Source: Amoebidium appalachense (lineage: Eukaryota; Protista; Ichthyosporea). Taken from it: a stretch of DNA of 64,000 nt. Position 1 is the first letter of the stretch. Each line of letters opens with the position of its first letter. The DNA lies in NCBI GenBank assembly GCA_963693365.1, contig CAVNZM010000003.1:7807312-7871311 (forward strand). The letters run 5' to 3'. The notes under the pieces are model-generated. The model was not told the origin of the DNA and did no database searches. It worked only from the letters and a program-made list of their open reading frames with translations. Below are positions 1 to 32,615 of the stretch, piece after piece. A program made the translations under genes and the position numbers.

Positions 1-211
1 GTTGTATATGTCGTACAATTCACGGTGTACCCTTGATCCCTTCCCCCCCCCCCCCCCTCCCCTTCACCACCACTTTCACCCATGGGCCACCCTGAAAAGA
101 ACACACAGACAATCGTGCGTGCGTGCACACACCTCCAGACCCTCCCTCCCCCAACCCCAAACCCAATCCTCAAGCCCCAGCCCCAGCCCAGGCATTTCCC
201 CCTTGCATTAG

Positions 212-9974
<9,763 letters not shown>

Positions 9975-10389
9975 GCAAAGGTGCCAACACCACATCAAGA
10001 CTGCATACGGTAGAAGTAAATGCATGTGTGGTGGTGGTGTGGTAATGATTATGAATGGGGTTGGTGGTGGTGTGAATGGAACGTTGTTTGTGTAGATTTT
10101 ATGCTGGTAAAGAGAGCCTACTTGGAGGTGTTTGGTGTTTTTGTGTTGATTGTAGTGACCAGCGTGTGAGTAGAGTGTATGGGTCACTTGGTTGCACACA
10201 AATGGTAGTTAGTGGCCCTGTTTTTATCGAGATCTGGCTTGTTTTCTTTTGGTATTTTCCCTTTTTTTTTTTTTTTTTTTTTTTTATGTGTTGTTTGTAG
10301 TGGTATCGTTGGGGTGGTGGTGGTGGTGATGGCGGTCGTTGTGGTGGTATGTGTGCGTGCTGCGGTCGTTTGTGTAGAGGGGAGTCGTC

Positions 10390-10443
<54 letters not shown>

Positions 10444-10911
10444 GTGTTTGGGGGGGGGGGGGGGGGGGGGGGGTTACTCAATTAGGAAGTGAGGTATTGC
10501 GTCTTTTATCAGGCCACTTGTCCAAGTACATCCCTAATATGATATGTTTTTCTGCACGTGTGCACGGCCTGGCATACTTATGTGTGTTAAGTTGCCTGTA
10601 TGGTGTGGCGGGGCTGGAGATAAGCATTACTTCTAAGCCTGTTTATGACATGAATTACAGTGAATTTCGTGTGTGTGCTGGACACACACATTCGTCACGT
10701 CATCCTTTCCATGCATGTGGGACTTTGCCGACACGCTTGTGATGCTAGGCTTGCAAAATGCAACCTGTTACATTTATGTACATGTGGACACATGTAGCTT
10801 GACACGAGTGTGCACGGGCATCCCCTTTCTCTTTGTGCCGTTCTGCATGTGCACGTAGAGGCCAGACACAGACCCGTTCTCTCTAGATCTCTCGCTCTTC
10901 CCCACCGCCTC

Positions 10912-10949
<38 letters not shown>

Positions 10950-11579
10950 CCACCCCCCTCGGTCTAGGTCTGCAGTGTGTGTGCATGTCACGGGTGTGTC
11001 TGTTGTGACATGCATGTTCCGAAATGTGTGTACGACGTGTGTGTGGGTGGTGGTGGTGGTGGGGTGGGGTGGGGTGGGGGGGTCTGAATGCGTCAAAAAG
11101 TACGAAGTACACAAGAACAAACGGATAACACGATGCAGAATGCAAGCCATACATAAAGAGTATGCATAATAAGCAGAGCCCATCCTCAGGGGGGGCCCAC
11201 GTCATCCACAGTACCCGAGTTTCGACCTTTTCACCTCGTTAACGAAACCCAACTCAGATACTGTTTCACTTGAACATGAGTAGGTCACCCGTCTTGATCA
11301 GAGACGAGCAGGGTTGCTTATGCAGGCAAGGGCAGTGGGAAAGGCCGGGGGTTAAAGTTGCAGCAGTAAGCAGAAGCAAGAAAAATATATAGATTGGGTG
11401 GGGTGGGGTGGGGGGGGGGGGGGGGGGGGGGGGAAGAGGGGGGCCTCGCTGCAACATCACAACAAATCCGCATTCCAGTACTCAATGTTTTATTACTACG
11501 ACCCTAGCTAGACTAACCAAGTGCATGGAAAATGGGTTTAAACCCACAATGGGGCAAAGAGTGCCAATGACATTGGGAG

Positions 11580-11742
<163 letters not shown>

Positions 11743-12038
11743 CTTCTGATTGTAACCACGAAGAGGGGTTGCACTTAGTCCTGAGTAAACTAACTAAGAA
11801 GCCCCATATTTCCTCTCGTGCACATACATGACCCATGAAATATATCACAATACCCCTTCGTATGTGCTCGAGTGAAGATCGAAACATCGAAGAATCTTCA
11901 TTATATCTTTGGCGTAGCGAAACTAGCACCAAGAAAAAAAGAAAGAAAGAATCGAAAGAAAGAAATGCATTATACAGTGATGAATACTGAAACGGAATGG
12001 AGGGAAGGGACAAACAAACAAACAAACAAACAAACAAA

Positions 12039-12078
<40 letters not shown>

Positions 12079-12440
12079 AGAAAGGAAGAGAGCCGGAGCA
12101 ACTTTTGACACTTCATGCCTCGATATTTGACCATCAGGTTTCGTATATAAATAACAAGTACGTGCGCCGTCTGTGTGTGTGTGTGTGCGTGCGTGCGTGT
12201 GCGTGTGCGATGTGCGCGTGCGCGTGCGCGCGCGCGCGCGCGCGCGTCCACGCGCATGACGCCCATCTGCATGCCCGTGTGTGTCACGTGGGCGTGCCGC
12301 TTGTCTGTAGTTACCGTGTTCTCCCCCATGTCTGTACAGTAACTGCATTAATCCACTTTCGCACATATTCCTCCCCACTTAAAATATGCTGATCCGATAC
12401 ACACAAAAAAAAAACCCCTCGGGGAAAATTTTACAAAATT

Positions 12441-20789
<8,349 letters not shown>

Positions 20790-21330
20790 TTTTCCTCTTA
20801 GAGTATATGTTTGTGCGCATTGGATGCTGCATTCTTAGGCTTGCTTATTCATTTATATGACAGGCGTACACAAGGCGAAGTGGTAGGGGAAAAAACGTAA
20901 AACAAACACTAGCACACAAAAAAGATGGAGGACTGAAATGCTGTGCGTAGGCTACTTATAATAGCGTTATAACCATAACAGCTCTATAATAATACACTTT
21001 TGAGTAGGAGAATTTATGGTTTTCCTGTGTGTGCGCTACTATAATCTCGGGGAAGGCAGAAAGTTTTACATAGTGAAAGCTTCTTCGCTGGAAAACCGGC
21101 AAACGTGATGCCTCGAAAGTTGACCGTTGGACCTAGGCTAAAAATAGCTAGATTATAATCCTGTCATTAGATTAGACATAACTTTTACTTTGTTCTAATG
21201 TATGTATTCTAATTGGTGATTTTGGTTGATGTCATGTTCGTGATATGCCAGTGTGATGGTTTTGGCGGGTCGCCGCGTCATCGAGCCGGCCGGCACAAAA
21301 CGGCCCAGTGTCACTGAGTGTGACAAAAAA

Positions 21331-21361
<31 letters not shown>

Positions 21362-21483
21362 GGGGGGGGGGGGGGGGTGCTGATGATTCCCAAAGTACAA
21401 CTAGGTGGTCCGCCATTCGTAAAGAGGGCCGGGGCAAATGTGTGTTTGTGAGAGGAGGCGGCCAGGGAGGGGGGGCGGGGGGG

Positions 21484-21542
<59 letters not shown>

Positions 21543-22274
21543 GGGGGAGGGAGGTATATCAGCTAAACAGCCTTTATTCGCCATCATCGACATGCATGGC
21601 ATATCAAAGATTCATATACCGTTACTCAGTAGTCACAACGTACTAGTACAGTCACAACTTAGTAATACCACCGTATACGCCAATATACAACGAGAACCAA
21701 ACGGTTTGACGTCGGTTCATTCATTCATTCACATGGCAGTTTTACACATTAAAAATTGCAAATACAAAATGTGGTCAAAAATAGAGGGGGTGACGGTTAG
21801 GGAGAAACGACGTATATGCATGAAGGATGTGGGCCCGGGGAAACCACGGCACTTGCACATTTTTGTCCATCCAATATATAGGGAGGGGGGGAAGACTATG
21901 GCATGTGTCGGTGGTGGCGAAGGTGTGTGTGTGTGCGTGTGTATGTATCTGCGTGCATACATACCTGCGTGCACACATGTGTCTGTGTGCTTGTGTGTGT
22001 GCGTGTGCACGCACACACTTTGACATTCAAGTGTGTTTGTGTGTACGCGCGCGCGCGTGCAGGATTGCACGGGTATACCTGTAGGTGTGTGTGCCTATGC
22101 CTGTGTGTGGGAACACGGGAATTGTACGTGCAGGCGAGGAGTGAACAGGGGGAAGTGGGTGCGTGTGTGTATTAAAGAGGGGGGAGGGGGGGGGGGGGGG
22201 GGGGTTGAAGGAGGGGAGGATGCGGGTAGAAAGCAAAACACAACGATCTTTACCCAGCCCTGGACAAATAGGAT

Positions 22275-22500
22275 TTAAGGTGGCGACACTTTCTTGTCGT
22301 GTTCTTCAATCATCTCTAGAAGGGTCTGCCGCTTGGCCGCTTTCCTTTTTTGGCTGTGTTTTTGCCGCCTTATCTTGTCGATCTCAGTGGTGACTTTTTC
22401 GTCCCCAATCCCATACACCTGCCGCAGTCTTTTTCGTAGCATCACTCGCGCTTCCTCACGGTTTTTGGACTGTGAACGTGATGTGTGGCACTGTGGTGTG

Positions 22501-22586
<86 letters not shown>

Positions 22587-22897
22587 TGTAAGTGTGCGTG
22601 TGTGTATGTGTGTTTTTGTTGGAGGCTGGAGGGGGGGGGAAGGGGGGAGGGGGGGGGGAACACAGGGTAAGGGGGAGAGGAGAGATGATGCGGAGATGTG
22701 TGTGTGTGGGGGGCTGCTTGATTGCATGGGTGGACATCTGTATTGATCGATCACGAGGGGCGGGGGGCGGGAGGGGGGGGGGGGGGGGGGGGGTAGATTT
22801 GGGCGACATTTGGTAAGCGTGTAATGAAAACAGGTTAACGGCTCAAAGACTCTCTGGATAGACCCCAGCAGGGGGGAAAAGGCTCGGAAGGGGGGAA

Positions 22898-22928
<31 letters not shown>

Positions 22929-24757
22929 AAGGGGGGGGGGGGGGGGGGGGGGGGAGGGGAGGATATTACATGGTGGTTAAAAGTAGCCAGAACCTCAGAC
23001 AAGATCACCAACCGCAGCAGGAATGATTTCTAACTAGACTGGAGGGGAACGGGGCAGAATGGGAAGTTAGGATCTGACATCCTTGTGGCGTGTGTTTGGG
23101 GGGGGGGGGGGGGGGAGGTAGCTTGGCAGTGAAAACGGACACCGGACATTATGGTTTAGGGTGGAAACGAGGCACATATAAGCGAAGGGAGGTAGAGAGG
23201 GTGGGGTGCTGAAAGTGGGAGAAGGGATCAAAAGATTGTGTGTTTATTTATCTTTGAGGGGCAGAGGGATGTGGGAACGGAGGTGATAACAAGAGAGGGA
23301 CAGGAAAAGGGAAAAGGTTGCCCGAGGAAGTGGGGGGGGGGGGGGGGAAGATGGGGGGGGGGGGGGGGGGGGGGGGGAAGGGGGCGGGTTGGATGTATGC
23401 TTTAGAGGGTTGCAATTGTGAAGGTAGGAAACATCAAAAGACAAAACACAGCACGTCAAGGGGGGAGGGGGGGGGGGGGGGGGGGGGGAGAATGGGGCAA
23501 AGGGGGAGAGGGGGGTGGGGGGGGGGGGGGGGGGGGGAGGTTGAAGCACTAACCCTCACAGTAGTGCCTGTAGGCAGGTGTGTCAATACCACACAGTTGT
23601 TTGTCTTGTTGACGTGTTGGCCCCCTGGCCCATGGCCCCGTACAAACTGCTCTCTTATCTCACTCTCACTGAAGTTGAGAAGGGCCTCTAAAACAGAGGT
23701 GGTGGGGGGTGGGGGTAGTGGGGTTGCCTGAAGAGAAGGGGAGAAGAAGGTTTGTTAGGTAAATGTGCGGAGGAAAAGGGGAGGAGGTGGGTAGTGTTTG
23801 GTGTACGCGTGGTGGTGGTGGTGGTGGTGGTGTATGGTGTTCTTGTGAGGCAGGGGAGGGGAGAGGGGGAGGGGGGAGGGGGAGAGGGGTGGGGGTAAGG
23901 GGGGAGGGGAAGAGGGGGGGAGGGGGGGAGGACGGAGGGGGAGGGGGCGGGGCGGGTGGGTGGGGGAGAGGGAGGCGGGCTTGACTGAGGACACGAGGGA
24001 TGGATGATAGCAGAGGCAGATGAGAGTGGCAGCTGGATAATGAAGAAGGGGAAGGTGTGTGTGCGTGAATAGACACATAGGGGGTGTAATGTGGGGGTGG
24101 GGGTGGAGATGAGCGGGTTTTGGGGGGGGAGGTGGGGGGGGCGCGCACCCACAGTGGTTGTAAAAGCAGGGTGACACATATCGAACTTGATAAGAGAGAA
24201 GGTGTGATTATGACTGCGGGAGGGGGGAGGGGGGGGGGGGAAGGAAATGAAGCCGGGGGGGGGACGGGACGTGCACCTGCGTGTTTCTGCGCACACGCGC
24301 ACATACACACACGCTCGCGTGCACACACACGCTCGCGTGCACACACACGTGTATCGCATGCGCAAATGTGCACACACACATGCACGAACGCAAGCACACG
24401 CAAGCACATACCACCCACCCACCCACACACAAGCACAAACATATGTCTCATCTCAGCACCACCACCCGTTTGCTCAATCCCCAAACACCAATCAACCACC
24501 CGAAAGATCGCACCCATGCAATATATGCTACACCTCCCTACACACACACCCTCCCTCCATCCCTCCCTGCTCTCTCTCCCTCCCTCCCCATCGCCCTCCC
24601 TCCCTCCCTTCCCTTCCTCCCTTGCTTAATCCCTCTCTCCCGTCCTTCCTCCCGCACACTCACCCAACCAACTACACACAAACACACACGCACACACACA
24701 CACACACTCTCTCTCTTCTCTATATCTCTCTCTTTGCCTCCCCCCCCCCCCCCCCTC

Positions 24758-24803
<46 letters not shown>

Positions 24804-25415
24804 ACTCACTCACTCTCACTCTCGCTCTCGCTCTCTCTCACTATCTCGCTCCCTCTATCCCTCCCTCCGCCTCCCGCCTCCTCCTCTCTACTTCGCTCTT
24901 TCTCTCTCTATCTCTCCCTCCTCCCCCCTCCCCTCCCCCCCTCCCCCTCCCCCTGCCCCTTCCCCCAACCCCCTCCCCCTGCCCCCCTTCCCCCCCCCCC
25001 CCCTCTCTTCCTCCCTGCACTCCTCCCTCGCCTCTCCTGCCTTCCTCCCTCCGCCCCTCACCTCTCCCTCTCGTCCTCCCTCCCTCCCTCCCTCACCTCA
25101 TTCCCAACCCTTCCTCGTTCTCCCCCAGTCAGACCCTTCTCACAATCTTCACCACTCCAGCTGAAAAGCAACGCTTACCTCTACGACTTGATTAGAACCA
25201 TATTCCTTCTCTATCTCTACCGTTTTCTCAATGCCTGTAGCTTGCTCTCTCTGTGTTTTCTCGTCCTCATGTTTTGTTACTTCCTCAGTTTTGCCTGGTG
25301 GCTTGGTACCCGAACAATACCTTCGACTCAAAATCACAGCGGTTTGTGTTTGCCAACAGAAGTTCCCAGAAATTCTTACCCAACCCCTTACAGCCGCTGC
25401 TATATGTAGATACAT
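22275..25415 (-). CDS. MTRFR: Mitochondrial translation release/rescue factor (GGQ domain, C12orf65 type)
   Basis: Exons 25415-25179, 23727-23554 and 22490-22275 join in phase 0. The N-terminus resembles a presequence (R-rich, RRYC). [48 protein letters not shown] is followed by a basic C-terminal tail; codon-recognition domains are absent. Confidence 0.92.
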
Positions 25416-25606
25416 GGTTTCTATATAGTATTTAGGATTACTACAGCAAGAGGACACACAGCCGTGAAAAAGTGGACCCTAAAAACTGAAAAGAGCTTCT
25501 GTGGCCAGCATCCGGTTAAAGACTTTATAAAGTTTACACGATGACCTTCTGATTGGTTCGAAACGCATCAAGCATACCTAACAAGGTTACTTGTAGGGTT
25601 GGAAAT

Positions 25607-26512
25607 TTGGTTTATTTTTATAATGACTTTATTGATATGCTCAGCAAAATAGAAGCCATCGAGATATCACCGATATCTCGGAGAAGAAAATACAAAAGCC
25701 CTCGCTCTCGGATACGGAGGAGATAACGACTTTTTTCTTTTGACTGGATTTATTCGACGGAAAGATATGCAAGTATGCACGGCATACTGAGAAGACAATA
25801 AAAACTTCACGAATTATCCAGTAACAAGTGCATACTGAGATACCTGAACACTGTGTGAAAATCATATAAATACTCAATGTGACGACCAACAGAATTCAAC
25901 AAAAAGTCTAAAGTGTTCACATTGCCAGCTAGTGTAGCAGATACCCGTAGGGAAAGAGGTAAAACGCGAGTCGGACATAAAAATTCACACCTATCAACAT
26001 GCTTGCGATTAAAAAGGTCAGCACAAATGTGGCACCAGCGGCGATGAAAACAAGAATTACAGCGCCACTGCACAACTTCCCAGGCAATATCAACATCAGA
26101 GCACCATACAGACTTATCTACTAGGGTGGTATCCATACGTACAGCAGGAGAAATGTATCCTGCCAAAGCTCCCAAAAAGCGATAATGATCAGTACGGTGT
26201 TGCCTAAGGAACATAACACATGCCGACTGAGTTTTACCTTTGATTTCTCTATCAGAACGAGAAAGAAACTTATACTGCGTATGGTAATAACGCGAAAAGG
26301 CAGAAAAAACAGGAAGAGAAAAGAAAGTGGGAGTGAGGTAGCGAGAGGAAGAATCAGGTGGAAAGAGGGTAGGCTGAGGACATTCAGAAGTAGCGTTGGT
26401 TTATATTGATTTTATTGATATGCTCAGCAAAATAGAAGCCATCGAGATATCACCGATATCTCGGAGAAGAAAATACAAAAGCCCTCATCTCGGAGACGGA
26501 GGAGATAACGAC
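25607..26512 (+). repeat. Direct repeat pair 25607-25730 / 26396-26512 flanking the LINE fragment
   Basis: ttggttta..tttattgatatgctcagcaaaatagaagccatcgagatatcaccgatatctcggagaagaaaatacaaaagccctc..ggaggagataacgac occurs twice with a few substitutions and indels. Confidence 0.95.
25731..26395 (-). mobile_element. 5'-truncated non-LTR retrotransposon (LINE-like) 3' fragment
   Basis: Open frame ~26395-25807 (about 195 codons, no start) ends in VVQWRC..CHIC-x7-H-x3-C..LDFLLN, like the C-terminal Zn knuckle of LINE ORF2. It is followed by AATAAA and an A-tail (AAAAGAAAAAA, 25741-25731) and flanked by long direct repeats. Confidence 0.72.
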
Positions 26513-26927
26513 GGAAAATTTTGGGTGGGTGCGCCGCCACAGCTGCGCACAATGTCAACAGCCCTTGGTTCGTGTTCGTGTGAGCCAACGTGTCACATGT
26601 TGCCGATGCTCTGCACGTGTAAGTGCACACTTTCCATATTCCATGACAATAAAGACAACAAAAAGGGTTTGGCATGTGTGCATTGTGGCACATATCAGTC
26701 AGGTCATGGTGATTGCTTGTATGCACAGCGCACATGAGATCGTGCATGTTTTCAGTTTCCCCCCTTTCTTAGTATGAACTTCTAGCTGAACAACAACTCC
26801 AACACCCACAACCATATATGAAGCTTACAAACCTCTAAATAGACGGTCACCTTACCAAACAGACGCACCGGTTGTTGTCAAGGCGCATCTATCAGCCACC
26901 GTCACTGGGAAGTGAGCACTACACAAC

Positions 26928-27557
26928 ATGACTGGTGTAAGGGCCGCAATCTTTCACACATGTGACATCACCACGTCCCATTTTGTGTACAGAGACGAAA
27001 AAGATGAGGCAGTGCCTACATGCTCACAAACAAAAATGATCCTATCCAACCTAAATCCGGAGCGACCACCTGGTTATTTGACCGCAGGTAACAGACGGCT
27101 AACTTAGTGATGGATGGTTTGCGTGAGTTTGGAGATGGAACAACACACCCACCCAACATTCTTGTTGCCCATTTTTGGCGTATGTTTGGTCTTGCAACCG
27201 AAGAAGATTAGGAAGGTGAAATTCAAGTGAAATACAAAGAACACGTGGAGCGTCCCGGGTATGGATACATAGAACCCGTCATCATAGTGTATGCAAAACT
27301 ACAATCCGAGGAAGATCAAGCTGTCAAATTGCGTGGGGGCACGAAGCAAATCACCCACCGATGCTTTAGGGCTGCTCATGTCTCTGGTTGTGTGGGCAGT
27401 TGCGCTGCAACTTGAAAAAAACTATGATACGTATGCGCTTATAATGCAACCGCCAAAGGTCATCAGCATGGATACACAGTGGCCTCACCCGAAGTATGGG
27501 GGTGGACGTGGGTGCAGCACAACTGTGCTTGAGTATTCATTCTGCCGAAGCTTTTAG
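26928..27557 (+). pseudogene. Possible decayed coding relic of unknown family
   Basis: Microsatellite-free block with protein-like frames (LVMDGLREFGDG..FWRMFGLATEED*EGEIQVKYKEHVERPGYGYIEPVIIVYAKL) broken by stops and frameshifts; no recognisable motif. Confidence 0.3.
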
Positions 27558-29440
27558 TTTAAAGTCAAACCGCACGATTGTGGGGATGTTGAACATGAGG
27601 TGAATGGCAACAGTTGATTTAGCTATTTTTTGCTGTCTTTGGCTTTTCCGTTCAACTTTGGGCCGGTAGAAAGACGATTACAGTGCCTTGCATAGGACCT
27701 TTTTTTTTTTTTTTTTTTTTTTTTTTCACCTTCCCACCCCTTTTCTCTGGTGGGCCGAGGGAGAGAGGGGGGGGGGGGGGGGGAAGAGTTTTGAAGGCGG
27801 GGACGGATGCTTTGGGTTCTCTTTATTTAGGAGGGCGAGGGGGGTGGGGGGGATCTGACGTTGTTGCTCCGGGCTATTCGTATTGGACCAGGCGAATTAT
27901 GATCAAAGGAGCCGCAGGCATGAACTGTGCTTGTGCTTGGTGTGTTTTCCAGCCATTAATCACGTGCCACGTAAATACATAGAGTTATCCTGGAGTGCCG
28001 TTTTATATCAGTCATGAAACACTACTGCCAATTCCATGGTATGAATTTCTGTATATATATGACTCGTTGTGTATGAAAAGCCTTGGACCTTCTACCTTAA
28101 TCATCATGGGGTCCAAAAATGAACTGTGTGGCGCCTACAAACTTGGGTGTGCTGGTGGAATTGTATGCATGTGTGCACGCACTGCAGAATTTTGTCACAA
28201 ATACATGCTCATACATAGCTGTTTGTACGTGACAGCACTAGTACTACGGGCATATACTTCATACAAGCATGCATATGTGCACAAGGCCGGCTGGGCCGGC
28301 TGGCAAGAGTCAGCTCTGAGACTCCAACGCAAAGTCCATGCCCGGGCCCTTTTTGTTCGCTGCGCCCTGCGTTTATGAATATCTCCCTTTTTTTCTTCGA
28401 GATCTACAAAGAAGCTCTCTTCTCCCCCCCCCCCCCCCCCCTCCTTCCCCCCCCCCCCCTCTCCCCCCCTCAACACACACACACACACACACCTCTTCCT
28501 CTCTCCATGACATCCCGGTTGCTTTTCCTCAAGGTTTTTTCAAGAGAGGCTCGGTCTCTCTCCTGTAGGTCTCTTCTTCTGACACTCGAATCCTCCCCCT
28601 CACCCCCTTCCCCCCTTCAGTGGGCCCCCACGCGACCGGGGGGGCTGTTCATCCATCCCCCCCTCCCCCCCCCCCCCCCGGACCCCCCCCCCCCCCCCCA
28701 GATTCTCTCTCTCCCCCTCTCCCCCCCCCTCCCCCCCCCCCCCCCCCCCCCCCGCCCTCCCTTCCGGACACACAAACACACCGTGACACACACACACCCC
28801 TCCCCTCCCCATTGCCAACCCCCATATCCGGTCAACCCCCCCCCCCTTCCCCCCAAAAAAAAGAAAAAAAAGAAAAAAAAGAAAAAGAAAAAGAAAAGGA
28901 ACCCAAACACACACACGGACTGGCACACACACACATAAGGTTGAAAAATTCTTGGCATCGAGGGTCAGACACTTGAAGCACTGACCATTCGAATACGGCA
29001 AGAAACACAATTTTAACCCCAGATTTACGCGAGGTGTTTTTAAAATTAGATTGGTAGATCCTGATTGTGCCCTTTGGCTGCCATGGCATACGATCAAATC
29101 GAGTCGAAGTAAACTATGTATACAAGAGCCGGAATCTGCTTTACTTATCGTAAGATGCAAATCGGGGAGAAGTCTACTACATATATTACGGCAAGCTTTC
29201 CGGTAATCTGTTCAAGAGAATGCTTACGATTCACCAAACATGTGCGCAAAAATATTAATATGGGTTGGACGTTTTTGGGCCACCTTGGTTCGAATATATT
29301 TCTTCGTGATTTTGAAATCTATTTTTAGGCGGGCGAGAATATTTCGTACCACAATATCATATTTACCTAACACAAAAAGGTTCTCGGCCGCGGCCAGGAG
29401 AGAGAAGGGAGGGGAAGGGGGGGGGGGGGGGGGGGGGTTT

Positions 29441-29566
29441 GAATGCGGAACACAGTACGAAGTACGCATACACGATGAGAAGCATGGTGCAGGACACATG
29501 CAAAGGCAAACATTCAAGTATGCAGCATCAGCCATGCGCACAGTATGCGTCATAAGCAGAGCCCAT
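29441..29566 (+). repeat. Representative copy of a ~100-140 bp dispersed repeat family bracketed by G-tracts
   Basis: Aligns by eye with 2261-2397(+), 4682-4782(-), 11086-11185(+), 6722-6830(-) and 32631-32735(+). Shared core: gaatgc..tacgaagtac..gagaa(g/a)ca(t/c)ggtg..gtatgc..taagcagagcccat. Confidence 0.75.
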
Positions 29567-29897
29567 GGGGGGGGGGGGGGGGAGGGGGGAGGGGGAGGGG
29601 ACGGGGACGAATGGGAGATATTACTGATATCCATTCTGGTCGTGCCACGAGTCGCATTTCACAAGAGCACCATCCATGTGCAATTTTATTTATTTATTTA
29701 TTTCAATTTATGGTGCCATGATGTTTCATTTAAAATACAAAATGGTGCCAGTGTCCAGCAACCGGGAGAAATACACTGGGTGTTAGTGACCAACACACAT
29801 TCAACACATGTTCATCACTAATAAACACTCAACACCCGCATATATGTACAGACACAATGACCGGTGTATACCCACATACAATACAACATATTCTATA

Positions 29898-30164
29898 TTA
29901 GTGGCTGTGTTTCAGCACCACCCGGATGTTGGCCTTGCCCGACATCATGCGCTCATAAGCCTCCTGAGCCTGCGGGCCACCACATACGGTTAGCATTGTT
30001 ACCACATATGGTTAGTTATGCTATGATATATAATATATGATTAGCAATGTTATTATATTAGGTTGGCATTGTTCTTTACAGTCTTATTTTTTTCCCCGCC
30101 GGGATGGTGTGAGTGTGCATGTGTGTGTTTGTAAAGAGAGAGAGTGTGTGTGTTGTGTGTATGT

Positions 30165-30211
<47 letters not shown>

Positions 30212-31028
30212 GGGGGGAGCATGCAGGTGTTAACCACAAGGGTTTACAAGGATTGCGGGGAATCACAATACGTGTGGCTCCAGCACGATGGCGGTGATGG
30301 TGTGCGTGACTGTGGTAGAGATAGAAGTGAAGAGAAAAGGTGGTTGGTTGCCTTACACAGCACGTGTTACACAGTACGAAATCCGCATTTTCGACCGGGG
30401 GTGGGGGAGTAGGGGGCGGGAGCAGCAAACACGCATACCTTCTCAATCGGGTAGATCTCGTTGACTGAGCGCACACCAAACAGGGCGGCAAATTTGAGGC
30501 AGTCCTCAGAATCGGTGGCAACACCCCTAAAATGTGCAAGTCACGTTACCGCACCAGTCCTATCCCTCCACTCACAGTCCCCTTAAGAGCAGACATCAAA
30601 CCATCAAAATGATCAACTGTATGTGCAGGCACTGTGCCCGAAAGACCTGTCCCCCTACACCCTCCGATTGAATAATATAGCACACTGGATACGGCTGGAT
30701 ACGGATTGCACGCTGAATAAACCTTCAGAAGGGGGTCGATTTCTACGTCAATTCTTATGCAAAAGAAGCAGGCCAGCCTCTTATTCCTTCTGCAATAATG
30801 CCAAGCTTTTGCGGTGTTACAGAGACACAGGCACACGAGAATAAGCGGGACAGGGTCTGCGGGTGTTCGTATGAAAAAGGGTTGGGGAGGGGTAAGGTAA
30901 GTTGGCCGGAGAGGGGGTATGTAGGCATTGGTTGGTGGTGGTGTTCTTCTCTTTTCTTCCGTTCTCCTCCTCCTCCTCCTTCTAATTTTTTATTTTGTAG
31001 GAAGGGGTGGTGGTGGGGTGGCGGCGGC

Positions 31029-31081
<53 letters not shown>

Positions 31082-31441
31082 TCTCCTTCTTGTGGGTGGG
31101 GGAAGGGGGGGGGGGGGGGGGGGGGGTGGGATAACATACGAGGGCCAGCCGACGATAGACCTTGAGCCCATAAGCAGAGGCAGAACACCGACCGAGAATG
31201 GCTCCATACCCGCCCCCAACAGAATCAGTTTGCCCTTGATGCCAAGGCCATCAATCAGCTTGGGGTGGTCAATGGTAGTGGGCGCAGTGGCAAGAATGGC
31301 ATCCGCACCTGGACGTGTATGTGTGTGTGTGTGGATGTGTGTGTGTGTATAGGTTGAGGGTTTTTTTGGCGTGTGATGGGGGGGGGGGGGGGAGGGGAGA
31401 ATGAGGTTAGCATGGGCCCGGATATATGGTTCCGTGTGTGT

Positions 31442-31483
<42 letters not shown>

Positions 31484-31780
31484 GACTTTTTTTTTTTCTT
31501 TGGGGGCGTGGGCAGGGGCGCAGGGGGGGGGGGGGGGGGGGGGGGGGATGATGGGAGGGTGGTTGAGTGGATAAAGTTGCGGATCGGGGATGGTACTGTC
31601 CGGGTGTGTTGGTGCTGTTTCTTACCTTGACTACATTTACTTCTTACCTTGACTACATTTACTTCTTATTTCTTTTCTTGACTTCGTCTCCCGCAAGTTT
31701 TTCTTTTGTTTCCTGTACTTTCCTCCCCTGTCCCTTTTCATATTTTTGTGTGTTTGTTGTGTGTGTTTGTGTGGGTGGGT

Positions 31781-31840
<60 letters not shown>

Positions 31841-32547
31841 TGGGAGGGGGGGTATAATACCTCCCAACTTCTGCAATTCCTGGGCAATGTCCTGTTTGCT
31901 GGAGTCAATGTAGTGGTGGGCACCTGAAAGCATAAAGTCAGTGGCTGCGTGGTTTCTTTAGATGTTTAGCCGGTTAAAGTGACCACAACCATCGAAAATA
32001 GGTTGCAAAACGCTCGGGAACTTTACTGTTTATCGATTATCGTCTGTTGAAACAGCCAACAATGTTTGATTGGCCCAGTCTAGATAGTCTAACATCATTC
32101 GATAGTCTAACATCATTCCGACATAGGCACTCTAACACGAATACGTCAGTGCTTAGTTTTTAAGTTACCAGTAGAGGATATGTAGTGGCACTGCTAGCAA
32201 AGGTCCCTGGGGGCGAGGGGGGGTTTGCAGAAAAAGGCGGTGCCGGACGGCAGCCCGAAGGGGGGGGGGGGGGGGGGGGAGGGGGAAGGGGGAGGAGGGG
32301 AGGGGGATATACCAATGAGGAGGAGGATAGTAATGGACATCACAATGCAGATGGCATTACACAGTGAGTATGCATCAGGGGGGGGGGGACAGGGGGAGGC
32401 CTGGAGGAGGGGGGGGGGGGGGGGGGGGGGGGGGAGGTGGGAGTATTTACCGAGCTGCATGGCAAGGTCCTTCTTTCTGTCGGAGGCTGAAATAGCCACA
32501 GTGCGGTAGCCCATCTTGTTGGCAAACTGAATGCCCAGGTGGCCAAG

Positions 32548-32615
<68 letters not shown>

